Source: Candidatus Odinarchaeota archaeon
GTDB taxonomy: Archaea; Asgardarchaeota; Hermodarchaeia; Hermodarchaeales; Hermodarchaeaceae
NCBI GenBank assembly: GCA_048885185.1
Contig: JBHLQC010000002.1
Location: forward strand, 1-41,798
Reading direction: 5' to 3'
Length of the DNA stretch: 41,798 nt
Shown here: piece after piece, positions 16,098-24,402 of the stretch
Position numbering within the stretch: the stretch's first letter is position 1
How the letters are laid out: the number at the start of each line of letters is the position of its first letter
Notes under the pieces: generated by a model
Told to the model about the DNA's origin: nothing
Database searches by the model: none
The model's input: only the letters and a program-made list of their open reading frames with translations
Position numbers and translations under genes: made by a program

Positions 16098-18167
16098 ATG
16101 GTTTGTCCATTTCAGTTGCATGACGCTTCACCAGATAAGAAAAGGATTCAATTTAGCTGCGATTTATGTTCGTTCCAAGGACCAGCAAAAGGCGATATCG
16201 CTCTCAATTCTTTTTGCCGCCAACAATTCCTTCAGGTAATTTCTTTTACAGATTCCTCTCTTTCATGCCGTTTCAACACTAGAAATCAATTAGTTTCACT
16301 ACCAGCACAGGCAACAAAAATTCTCAAGGAGTACATTGCTACTGTTACAAAACACGAAAAAAGAATACACGATATTTTCAGACAACATCCTGAGATTAAA
16401 CAGAAGTTATATTCTGATCCTGTAGCAGCTTATCGAACGATTATATCCAATTATAATTCAACACCCAAGCGGGTCATTCGAGATTTCATTAAAGATCTCG
16501 AAAAAACCAGTTTAATTTCACTATTAAATTCCCAATTTAGTGATAATCATTCATTTGATAAAAACGTCTTCTACGAGGGCCTTTTAAAAATTAAAAGGGC
16601 TCCAATTGGTTATGATGATTACAAAAGCCTAGAAGAGAATTGCCATCTACTTAGCTCGTATGATGTGGGTCCATTTAATATCAACGTATATGAGTTCCTT
16701 CCCATTCCACTTGAAAAATACTACCGAGTGTCTATCCGCTTGGATGAAACGTTATCTCCAAGAATTTTCCAATATCTTTTTTCTCATCATAGTTCGAATC
16801 ACATAGAAGGAGCGCATCTTCAGAATCTAGATGAACTAATGGATAGAAAGATTTCTGACTTCCAAAATTATCTTCGTTCTAACTTTGTCGAATTAACTGA
16901 TGAAGAACGAAAAAATCTAGCCACCTTTGCAACTGCCCAATCAATTGGGTTAGGTAAAACCATACCATTGTTGCTTGATGACAACGTTCAAGAAGTTTAC
17001 CTCGATAAGCCGGGTAATGCATACTATTTAGACCATGCTGTGTGGGGACGCTGCAAGTCGAATCTAGTGCCTTCTGATTCGGAATTGTCACATATTATAA
17101 CACGACTTCGTCTTGAAAGCCGTAGACCTCTTGATGAGAAGACTCCGTCACTCAAAACAGAACTACAGACTAGTCTTTTCCATGTTCGAGCAGCAGTTGA
17201 CATTCCTCCTTTAGCTCATGAAGGTCCACATCTAAATATTCGAAAAATCCGAATGCGGACACTAACACTCCCTGAACTTATCAGGAATGGGACTATCTCG
17301 CTAACTGCTGCAGCGTTTTTGGTTTTATGCATGACATTGCGAATCAACATTACTATTGGAGGTGAACCTGCTACAGGAAAAACAACTTTAGCAAATGCTA
17401 TCAATCTTCTAGCTCCACCCAATTGGCGAAGGATTGCCATCGAAGATGCTCTTGAAAGCGTCACTGTCAATGAAAAGGGGAGGCACAAAGTTACATTTCG
17501 AGTTGATCCATTTGATTCACTTGAGAAAAGCGGCTCAACAAAATCAAAAGAAATTATTCGGTTGTTGCATCGATCACCTGATTGGGTGTTTTTAGGTGAA
17601 ATTCAAACTGCTGAACATAGTTCTGCAATGTTTCATGCATTAAGTGCAGGTATTAGGGGAATTCAGACTTGTCATGCTAATTCAAATAATGAACTCTTAT
17701 TACGATGGAAAATTCATCACAACATTCCAGAAGTTTGTTTTGAAAGTCTAGGACTCCTTGTTCACATGGTGAAAGATGTAATACAAGGACGAATTATTCG
17801 TAGAGTGGCTCAAATTAGTGAAGTAAAATATGGAGAATCATCCTCCTCATTGGTAACTCTATATGAATGGAATAAGGTGTCAGGGCATCTTGAACAAAAA
17901 TCTGATGAGATTATTACTCCATTAATTATTAGGGCGTGTCAATTCCAGAAGATAACTCAGCACGATGTTCGTAAACAGTTTGAGACCTATAAAGAAACTT
18001 TAGCTACGCTGATTTCTAAACAGGAAGAAACCCCGAGCACGATCGTTTCGACTTTTGATAAAACACATGCTCGTATCTTTTCTGGTACAAAGAATCCACT
18101 AAAAACTCAAAGCAATAAGACAACAAATGAGGGAGAGGTCATTGGATTACATCAAATTACTGGCTAA
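16098..18167 (+). CDS. Type II/IV secretion-family ATPase (GspE/VirB11/FlaI/TadA-CpaF superfamily) with a long N-terminal extension
   Basis: Walker A GGEPATGKTTLANAI, Walker B/Asp box DWVFLGEIQTAEH and His box IQTCHANS. About 400 aa lie upstream of the P-loop, including an N-terminal Cys cluster (CPF...CDLC). Confidence 0.8.
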   Translation: MVCPFQLHDASPDKKRIQFSCDLCSFQGPAKGDIALNSFCRQQFLQVISFTDSSLSCRFNTRNQLVSLPAQATKILKEYIATVTKHEKRIHDIFRQHPEIKQKLYSDPVAAYRTIISNYNSTPKRVIRDFIKDLEKTSLISLLNSQFSDNHSFDKNVFYEGLLKIKRAPIGYDDYKSLEENCHLLSSYDVGPFNINVYEFLPIPLEKYYRVSIRLDETLSPRIFQYLFSHHSSNHIEGAHLQNLDELMDRKISDFQNYLRSNFVELTDEERKNLATFATAQSIGLGKTIPLLLDDNVQEVYLDKPGNAYYLDHAVWGRCKSNLVPSDSELSHIITRLRLESRRPLDEKTPSLKTELQTSLFHVRAAVDIPPLAHEGPHLNIRKIRMRTLTLPELIRNGTISLTAAAFLVLCMTLRINITIGGEPATGKTTLANAINLLAPPNWRRIAIEDALESVTVNEKGRHKVTFRVDPFDSLEKSGSTKSKEIIRLLHRSPDWVFLGEIQTAEHSSAMFHALSAGIRGIQTCHANSNNELLLRWKIHHNIPEVCFESLGLLVHMVKDVIQGRIIRRVAQISEVKYGESSSSLVTLYEWNKVSGHLEQKSDEIITPLIIRACQFQKITQHDVRKQFETYKETLATLISKQEETPSTIVSTFDKTHARIFSGTKNPLKTQSNKTTNEGEVIGLHQITG

Positions 18168-18966
18168 AATAGGTAAGTATACGCCGGGAGTAGCGCAAAT
18201 TAGTAACCGTATTACATCAAAACAGTTCATTAAAGCCGTGGAGTACCTGTATCATGACTCATTATGTCCAGTCAGCATTTCAGGAGGTGTGGTATTAGTA
18301 AGCTGTGCTTTCTTTGGATTAACCACCATCATCCTGAGTTTATTTGTTAATCCTATTAGCGCATGTGTCTTGGGTATCACAATTGCTCTAATGAGTTTTT
18401 TCATTATTATGAATGGATTAATTTCTAGATTTAATAGTCAGCTAGTTCAAATCGAAAAAGTTGCCCCCTATGTTCTTGAAGAATTAGCAACGATTTATCT
18501 AACAACTGGGTCTGTATTTGAGGCTATTCAGTATGTTTCAAAAGGAGATTATTGCCTTGTTTCAGATGCATTTTCTAAAATGATTATGCCGCTAAACCAA
18601 GGTGAAACTCCGGAACAACTGCTGATGGGTTTTGCAATTAATCAACCCTCATTTACCCTTCGTAGGGGACTTCTTGCGTTTATTCAGTACATTGAATCTT
18701 CGACAAGTAACCTTGACGCTGTTATTGTGGATGCCCATGAGAATATTCAACGGAGATATGAAAAGTTAACAATCCAATGGGAGAGTCGAATGATGGTATA
18801 TTCAGGTCTTCTAGTCTTTTTGCCAATTATTATCATTTTGGGATTGGCAATTCGTGGTTTAGCAGATAATCCACTCATTCTACTGTTGCCTGTTTTCCAG
18901 TTTGGATTTTCTAAACTGTTGCATTCATCGCTTCTTCCAAAGGAGAATATCTTGTTAGGAGAGTAG
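18127..18966 (+). CDS. Type II secretion system F-domain membrane protein (TadB/FlaJ-N-like)
   Basis: Polytopic membrane protein immediately after the ATPase. The layout of TM pair, soluble helical domain, then TM is typical of T2SSF. Confidence 0.6.
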   Translation: MRERSLDYIKLLAKIGKYTPGVAQISNRITSKQFIKAVEYLYHDSLCPVSISGGVVLVSCAFFGLTTIILSLFVNPISACVLGITIALMSFFIIMNGLISRFNSQLVQIEKVAPYVLEELATIYLTTGSVFEAIQYVSKGDYCLVSDAFSKMIMPLNQGETPEQLLMGFAINQPSFTLRRGLLAFIQYIESSTSNLDAVIVDAHENIQRRYEKLTIQWESRMMVYSGLLVFLPIIIILGLAIRGLADNPLILLLPVFQFGFSKLLHSSLLPKENILLGE

Positions 18967-18974
18967 AAGTTAAT

Positions 18975-19634
18975 TTGGAATCGGATAATGATTTTGACCA
19001 ATTTGTCGATTTTATGACACACTTTTCTACTGAATTATCTTCAGGGAATAGCCCAGAATATGCACTTCTTAGAACTTCGAATTACTTTGGGAGACAAACA
19101 CCAATAGAGATTACCAGAATTGTAAAAAACATCGTTGAAGGAACAAAATCATTTCATGTTGCATGGTCTGATTTAATCAAAGAATACGAGAATAACCGAA
19201 ATTCTCGACTGGTAGAATTGTTAGGCCGATTTATCGATAAGGGATCGATAGTGGGAGGAGAAAGAATGCTTCTAGTTTTAAAGCAGATTCGAAAAAACAG
19301 TGCTATAACAAAAAACCGGAAGAACCTAGTAAGTGGGCAGAGAATGAAGGTGAAGGCGCTTTCTATTGTTTCATCAGTAGTAATTGGAATGATTGCAGCC
19401 CTTGCCCCAATGCTAACTTTCGCGTTTGTCGAGGGATTTCTTTCTAGCCCCGAAATCAATTATTCCAGTTCTTTTTCCTTCTCTATTCTTTTGGCATTAT
19501 TCTTAACTGTCGTGATAACGGGATACAGATTAAGTCAGACAGTAGGAGGAGTCCGTCATTCAGTGTTCCTAAGCATGTTTGCGTTTATATCAACTTACAT
19601 TCTGATAAACCACCTTCTCATGGCTTTCTTGTAA
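18975..19634 (+). CDS. Type II secretion system F-domain membrane protein (TadC/FlaJ-C-like)
   Basis: Second T2SSF-like unit: a soluble helical N-terminal domain followed by C-terminal TM segments. Confidence 0.55.
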   Translation: MESDNDFDQFVDFMTHFSTELSSGNSPEYALLRTSNYFGRQTPIEITRIVKNIVEGTKSFHVAWSDLIKEYENNRNSRLVELLGRFIDKGSIVGGERMLLVLKQIRKNSAITKNRKNLVSGQRMKVKALSIVSSVVIGMIAALAPMLTFAFVEGFLSSPEINYSSSFSFSILLALFLTVVITGYRLSQTVGGVRHSVFLSMFAFISTYILINHLLMAFL

Positions 19635-19682
19635 TTGTGGAGCTTAAATAACGTGATGCGAACTGCCTATCGGGATAACTGA

Positions 19683-19898
19683 ATGAATATACTGAAAACA
19701 ATTGTGGGATTTCTTCGTAATAAACGGGGTTCGCCTTTAGTAGAAGAAGGATTACTTCTGGGGCTAGCAATTTTAACCATTACTATTCTTATTACAGTAA
19801 TTCTTGATGTACTGGGTTGGTCTCAAGGGCTTTTCCAGTCAATTTTGATCCAGTTAGATCAAGTAAGGCAGGCTTTTCTTGGTTGGATTGGTGGCTAG
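19683..19898 (+). CDS. Flp/Tad-type (class III signal peptide) pilin candidate
   Basis: MNILKTIVGFLRNKRG|SPLVEEGLLLGLAILTITILITVIL has a basic leader ending in Gly, Glu at +5 of the predicted mature end, and then a hydrophobic helix. The protein is 71 aa, like Flp pilins. Confidence 0.6.
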   Translation: MNILKTIVGFLRNKRGSPLVEEGLLLGLAILTITILITVILDVLGWSQGLFQSILIQLDQVRQAFLGWIGG

Positions 19899-19924
19899 TC
19901 CTGCTCTTCTAATCTTGCACAAAA

Positions 19925-21265
19925 TTAAGAGCTCGCACTGGAGGCAGATTCAATCTTTTTTAGTCCCAATCCTTGTAGAGGTTCATTGGTAAGAATTCCA
20001 GTATTAATCGAAATTGGTGGAATCTCCGTTTGTGGATGGGGTCTTATGATTAGTTCATTTGATTCATCGGATTCAACTACTTGAGGAGTAATAATCCGTT
20101 CGTTTCTAACTAGATGAGTACCATCCTGCGAGGAATCGGAGGAGTGGGCTACAATACCTGCAGGAGAGTCTATTCGATATAATTGGAGGGCGTTCCAATC
20201 GACATCATCAAAGATTTCGATGTTACCACGAAAGCCGGGTAAAACAGCCGAGTTCCCTTCTAAACCAGTTACAATAAGCAAAACGCGCACATAACCTGCG
20301 AAATCAGATATTATTCGAGCGCCCCAAATTATTCTAGCATCATGTCGCATTTGTCGTGTGACTACATCAGCAACACGCGTAGCTTCATCCAAGCTTAAAT
20401 CTGGACCACCAATAACATGAATTAAGGCTCCTGTTGCACCTTTAACGCTTAGATCACCGAGTAAAGGAGAGTGGAGCGCGTTTTTGACAGCCTCGGATAT
20501 TCGATCTTTGCCTTTAGTCTCCGATTTGGTAGCTTCGCCTAATCCGACTAAAGCAACTCCACCACCAGCAAGAACGCTTCGTACATCTGCAAAATCAAGG
20601 TTAATCAGGCTAGGTAGACTGATTGTTTCGGTTACGCCCTTAACCATGCTAGCAAGGATTTCATCTGCTACACTGAATGCCTCATCAATTGGTAGGTCGC
20701 GTGCAATCTCAAGGAGTTTATTATTATCGATTACAATGACAGTGTCGGCATATCTTCGCAATCGCTGAAGACCACGATGAGCCTTATCAATTCGTGCTCC
20801 TTCAATGGTAAATGGTGTCGTTACGGTACAAACAACAATTGCACCATTCTGTTTAGCAATTTCAGCAATTACTGGTGCAGCACCCGTTCCCGTTCCTCCG
20901 CCTAGACCGGCAGCAATGAATAGTAAATCAACACCACGAAGAAGAGTTGTTAGATCTTGTCTGGACTCTTCAGCCGCAGCAGCACCTAGCTCAGGGAATC
21001 CACCTGTCCCTAATCCCCTAGTAATTGTTTTTCCAATTAGCATTTTCTTATGAGAACGAACGTGATCGAGGTGTTGTTGATCAGTATTCACTGCTATGCA
21101 TTCGGCCCCTTGAATGCCAATTTGTACTAGCCTGTTGATGGTATTATTCCCACCACCCCCAACACCCGCTACCATAATTCGAGCGCCGGGTTTTGAATAT
21201 CTTGGATTATTCTTTGTTTGGCGTTGTGTTGCATCACGTACAAGCTTAGATAGTCCGCTGTCCAT
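19925..21265 (-). CDS. ftsZ: Cell division GTPase FtsZ (tubulin/FtsZ family) with a long C-terminal linker
   Basis: VAGVGGGGNNTINRL, the tubulin signature GLGGGTGTGAAPVIA, NTDQQHL and a C-terminal peptide GLGLKKIE. Confidence 0.95.
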   Translation of the reverse strand: MDSGLSKLVRDATQRQTKNNPRYSKPGARIMVAGVGGGGNNTINRLVQIGIQGAECIAVNTDQQHLDHVRSHKKMLIGKTITRGLGTGGFPELGAAAAEESRQDLTTLLRGVDLLFIAAGLGGGTGTGAAPVIAEIAKQNGAIVVCTVTTPFTIEGARIDKAHRGLQRLRRYADTVIVIDNNKLLEIARDLPIDEAFSVADEILASMVKGVTETISLPSLINLDFADVRSVLAGGGVALVGLGEATKSETKGKDRISEAVKNALHSPLLGDLSVKGATGALIHVIGGPDLSLDEATRVADVVTRQMRHDARIIWGARIISDFAGYVRVLLIVTGLEGNSAVLPGFRGNIEIFDDVDWNALQLYRIDSPAGIVAHSSDSSQDGTHLVRNERIITPQVVESDESNELIIRPHPQTEIPPISINTGILTNEPLQGLGLKKIESASSASS

Positions 21266-21272
21266 CAGATAT

Positions 21273-21455
21273 TCACCTTGCCGTTATTTGTGGAGATTTT
21301 TGTGCCCAAAGTTCCCGTTTCAGTAAGTCTCTGACTGCAATTCTAATTGCTTCACTTCTATTAGGATAGAGTTTTTCAAGAATTAGTTGTTCGATTCCGT
21401 TTACGTATGCTTCGGGGAGGTTAACTGTAATTAGCTTCATCTCAATCAGAGACAT
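21273..21455 (-). CDS. Ribbon-helix-helix (CopG/Arc/MetJ) protein directly upstream of ftsZ; CdrS-like
   Basis: KLITVNLPEAYVNGIEQLILEKLYPNRSEAIRIAVRDLLKREL is an RHH motif. Its stop lies 7 nt from the ftsZ start. Confidence 0.7.
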   Translation of the reverse strand: MSLIEMKLITVNLPEAYVNGIEQLILEKLYPNRSEAIRIAVRDLLKRELWAQKSPQITAR

Positions 21456-21718
21456 ACCTAGATATTGTCCTGAAAAGATGCTAGTATTATCCGGGTATTA
21501 CCGCCAATTGAAAGTGTAGTACAAAGGGAGTTGAACATGAGAAATCTTGTGTTCTTTGTGCCTTAAATCGAAAAATAACGGCTTAATTACAGTATTACCC
21601 AAGAGTCAACAGCAAAGAGGCGAGAATCATAGAATTTGAACCATTTTATGAGTATTATTGTTTTAATTTTCCAATAATCTACCTGGATTGACGGGTTGGC
21701 GCCAATAGAGTTAATAAA

Positions 21719-21727
21719 ATTTAAAAA
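21719..21727 (+). promoter_or_regulatory. Candidate TATA box for tRNA-Leu
   Basis: ATTTAAAAA lies ~38 nt upstream of the tRNA 5' end, so the spacing is slightly long. Confidence 0.35.
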
Positions 21728-21760
21728 GTGAGAGGATGACGGGATGGATAAGCCTGCTTT

Positions 21761-21875
21761 GCGGGGGTACCCGAGCACGGTCTATGGAGCTTGATAGAAA
21801 GTTCCGACTAAAGGGGCAGGACTGAGGCTCCTGTGGTGTAGACCTTCGTGGGTTCAAATCCCACCCCCCGCACCA
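21761..21875 (+). tRNA. tRNA-Leu(GAG), class II with a long variable arm, a 27-nt intron in the D-loop and encoded CCA
   Basis: GCGGGGG-UA-CCC-GAGCACGGUCUA[27 nt]A-GGG-G-CAGGA-CUGAGGC-UCCUG-UGGUGUAGACCUUC-GUGGG-UUCAAAU-CCCAC-CCCCCGC-A-CCA. Confidence 0.85.
21785..21811 (+). other. tRNA-Leu D-loop intron (27 nt)
   Basis: BHB: central helix GGUC(21779-82)/GACU(21806-09), bulges UA|U and AA|A, 7-bp inner helix GGAGCUU/AAGUUCC. Confidence 0.8.
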
Positions 21876-21945
21876 TTCTCAGTCTACTCAATCTTTTGTT
21901 GGTTTTTATAGCGAAAACTGCTCCAATTTATGGAGCTATCAAACC

Positions 21946-22872
21946 GTGTCACGAAAAATGTTGGAGCAGTTTGGTTTGCATCTGCAAAGTATCAAATCTG
22001 TTCCAGGAGTTGAAAACTCTGTATTAGTCCAGCGTGATGGCTACCCGATTTCTAGTAGTGGTGTGTGGTTATCAGAAAATGAAATTTTTGGATTGTCTTC
22101 GTCTGCCGCAGCGATTCTCTCAGTAGCCCAGCGACTCCATGAAGATCTGTATTATGTCTTAATAGAAGGAGAACGCAGTAAATTTTTACTGGCTACATTA
22201 CCCCGTGCCGTGAATTATTTTATTACTGTAACTACACAGAGTAACAGCAATCTTGGTGCTTTGTTGTTACAATTGGAACGGACAATTACTCATCTTGATG
22301 AAGCCCTTTGGAATGAGCATTTCATTCCTCCTTTACGCACATTTGAACAGAATGAAAGAGCCAAGATAGTTGATTCTTTTAATGTGCGAGAAGGCCCCAG
22401 AAGAAGGTGGTCAACAAGAACATTGAATCTCACAATAACTGAAAATGCTGCTCAGCAAATCACTGATATTGTTTCTGATTTTCTCCACGCCTTACCTTCA
22501 GCTCAAACAGGAGAAGTTTGTCTTGAAGGGGGATACTTAATTCCTACACAAAGATACAACGAAGGCGTTCGTATTAGGAATTCAACTCTAACATATACGC
22601 TTTTTGACACATCCAGAAAAGTTGCCCAATTAGTAAAACGGACTAGCATTCTACAAGTGCTATGCGATTGCGGGGCAAGTCAGCATTTTATTTACAAACT
22701 TCAAGGAGGATTGTTTAGCACTTTCATAAGAAAAGATTCGACGCGGTTAGGATTACTCCGTTTGATAATTCCTAATTTTATTGCAGAAATTGAATCCGTA
22801 TTGCAAAAAGCACCAACAGCACAACGACCTACCCTCGATGTGGACGGTTTTTTGGAGGCAATAGCTCGATGA
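21946..22872 (+). CDS. Tandem Roadblock/LC7 (MglB-like) domain protein
   Basis: The first domain, LQSIKSVPGVENSVLVQRDGYPISSSG...YYVLIEGERSKFLLATLP, is classic Roadblock/LC7. The second half (EVCLEGGYLIPTQ...FIYKLQGGLFSTFIRK) repeats the pattern. Confidence 0.7.
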   Translation: MSRKMLEQFGLHLQSIKSVPGVENSVLVQRDGYPISSSGVWLSENEIFGLSSSAAAILSVAQRLHEDLYYVLIEGERSKFLLATLPRAVNYFITVTTQSNSNLGALLLQLERTITHLDEALWNEHFIPPLRTFEQNERAKIVDSFNVREGPRRRWSTRTLNLTITENAAQQITDIVSDFLHALPSAQTGEVCLEGGYLIPTQRYNEGVRIRNSTLTYTLFDTSRKVAQLVKRTSILQVLCDCGASQHFIYKLQGGLFSTFIRKDSTRLGLLRLIIPNFIAEIESVLQKAPTAQRPTLDVDGFLEAIAR

Positions 22873-23753
22873 ACACTTTTCTTGATAACGTTTTGAATAC
22901 TCTCGGCAGAAAACAGCTTGCAATAGTTCTAAGATCTGTTTTGGATAGGTATCCTGTAATCATTCACGGAGATTCACCAGAAGTTATCGATTCAATTGCC
23001 GAGACTCTTGTGAAATTTGTTCCCCACCGTAAAGAAGTAGTTTTTGGCTCTGATTTCGTTTCCTTTTCAGATCATGAGCGAATGATGAACCATGAAAGAA
23101 GCGATTACAATGGAGAACGAATAGTATACCGTTCTCCGTCAACATCAACTGAGTTACTTCGTAGTCAGATTAACGATTTTCAAGGATGGATTATGGCCAT
23201 TGAACAGAAAGACATCGAGGAAGTAAAGAGTAAATGTGCTCAAGCTTCTCCAGTTATTATTCGATTTGTAGAGGGGGTTCTAAAATTAGAATCGAATGGC
23301 ACTCCAAAGGCAATCACAAATACACGCTTTGAAGAAAAACTGTTAGAAAAAGTAACCTCTGAAACTGGTACAAAAATGGAGAGAATTACTAGGATTTTAC
23401 GCCGAGCTGCACATGGAAAAGTAAGTGAAAGATTAGAAAAAAGCCTAATCGATCTGAAACAGGAAGAGGAGAGGGTCCGACAGAGCTTATACAGAGAACA
23501 TATTCAGGGGTTTGTTGAAGCATCGTGGAGGGTTATGATCATCTTAATGCGGCTTAGATTATTGCAGGGTGTTGGAGTTAAATCAGTAATCTCTGATAAG
23601 ATGTTAGGGCAGGCAATAGATTATCAGGGATCTTCAATTGATCGACTTATGGATTTTATAAAAGCCGAGTGGGGTGAAGATTTTCGAAGTTCTGTTCAAG
23701 ATGGGGCAGGACATCAATTTGGCGATAGACTGGAAGGGTTTTGGTCAATTTAA
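22869..23753 (+). CDS. Hypothetical protein encoded between the Roadblock and GTPase genes (candidate GTPase regulator)
   Basis: ATGA start/stop overlap with the Roadblock gene. An N-terminal alpha/beta-like region (YPVIIHGDSPEVIDSIAETLVKFVPHRKEVVFG) precedes a helical C-terminal half. No family recognised. Confidence 0.45.
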   Translation: MNTFLDNVLNTLGRKQLAIVLRSVLDRYPVIIHGDSPEVIDSIAETLVKFVPHRKEVVFGSDFVSFSDHERMMNHERSDYNGERIVYRSPSTSTELLRSQINDFQGWIMAIEQKDIEEVKSKCAQASPVIIRFVEGVLKLESNGTPKAITNTRFEEKLLEKVTSETGTKMERITRILRRAAHGKVSERLEKSLIDLKQEEERVRQSLYREHIQGFVEASWRVMIILMRLRLLQGVGVKSVISDKMLGQAIDYQGSSIDRLMDFIKAEWGEDFRSSVQDGAGHQFGDRLEGFWSI

Positions 23754-23766
23754 AGCCAAGAGATGA

Positions 23767-24363
23767 ATGACCGTGTTAATAGATTGGAGTCAAAATATTA
23801 TTCAAACGAAGATTGTTTATTATGGACCAGCGATGAGTGGGAAAACTGAGAGCATACGTGCACTCTTTAAGCATCTCAATATTTTATCTCGGCTTGAATC
23901 AATTGAAACAACATCAGGTCGTACCCTCTTTTTTGATTACGGACCGATTGAACTTGTCCATGGTGATTGGATTATTCAGATTCATATTTGGTCTGCAACC
24001 GGGCAGGACTATTATGCTGAAACCCGTTCTACTGTGTTAGCAGGAACAGATGGTATTGTATTTGTTGCCGATTCGAATCCGAGTTTGATACATGAAAACT
24101 TGCGATGTTGGGAGGAATTGAAGGGATTTTTTGGACCACAACTTTCAACAAATATTCCCGTAGTTTTCGCTTTGAATAAACGGGATTTATGGCCAGCAAT
24201 CAGTCAGTTTGATTTTGTAAATACCCTAGAGTTGAATGGGTTCTCTCTAATCTTTGAGACCGTTGCTACCCAAGGAACCTTCGTCGTTGAAGTTTTACAA
24301 GAGATGTTACGAAACATTTTGCTGGGCTCGAATCTTGCACAACCCAAAAAGATAGGTACATAG
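23767..24363 (+). CDS. MglA-family small GTPase (Ras superfamily)
   Basis: The protein aligns along its length with my memory of Myxococcus MglA. P-loop KIVYYGPAMSGKT, GRTLFFDY (intrinsic Arg-finger region), G3 WSATGQ (Asp replaced, as in MglA TVPGQ), DGIVFVADS and NKRD. Confidence 0.8.
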   Translation: MTVLIDWSQNIIQTKIVYYGPAMSGKTESIRALFKHLNILSRLESIETTSGRTLFFDYGPIELVHGDWIIQIHIWSATGQDYYAETRSTVLAGTDGIVFVADSNPSLIHENLRCWEELKGFFGPQLSTNIPVVFALNKRDLWPAISQFDFVNTLELNGFSLIFETVATQGTFVVEVLQEMLRNILLGSNLAQPKKIGT

Positions 24364-24402
24364 GTCAGCATTTCGAATTATCTCAGATAGGAGATTTTCG
24401 AA

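Noticed and set aside
21587-21778. 63-aa minus-strand ORF
   Set aside because: It overlaps the 5' end of tRNA-Leu, lies in an AT-rich promoter region and has no motif support.
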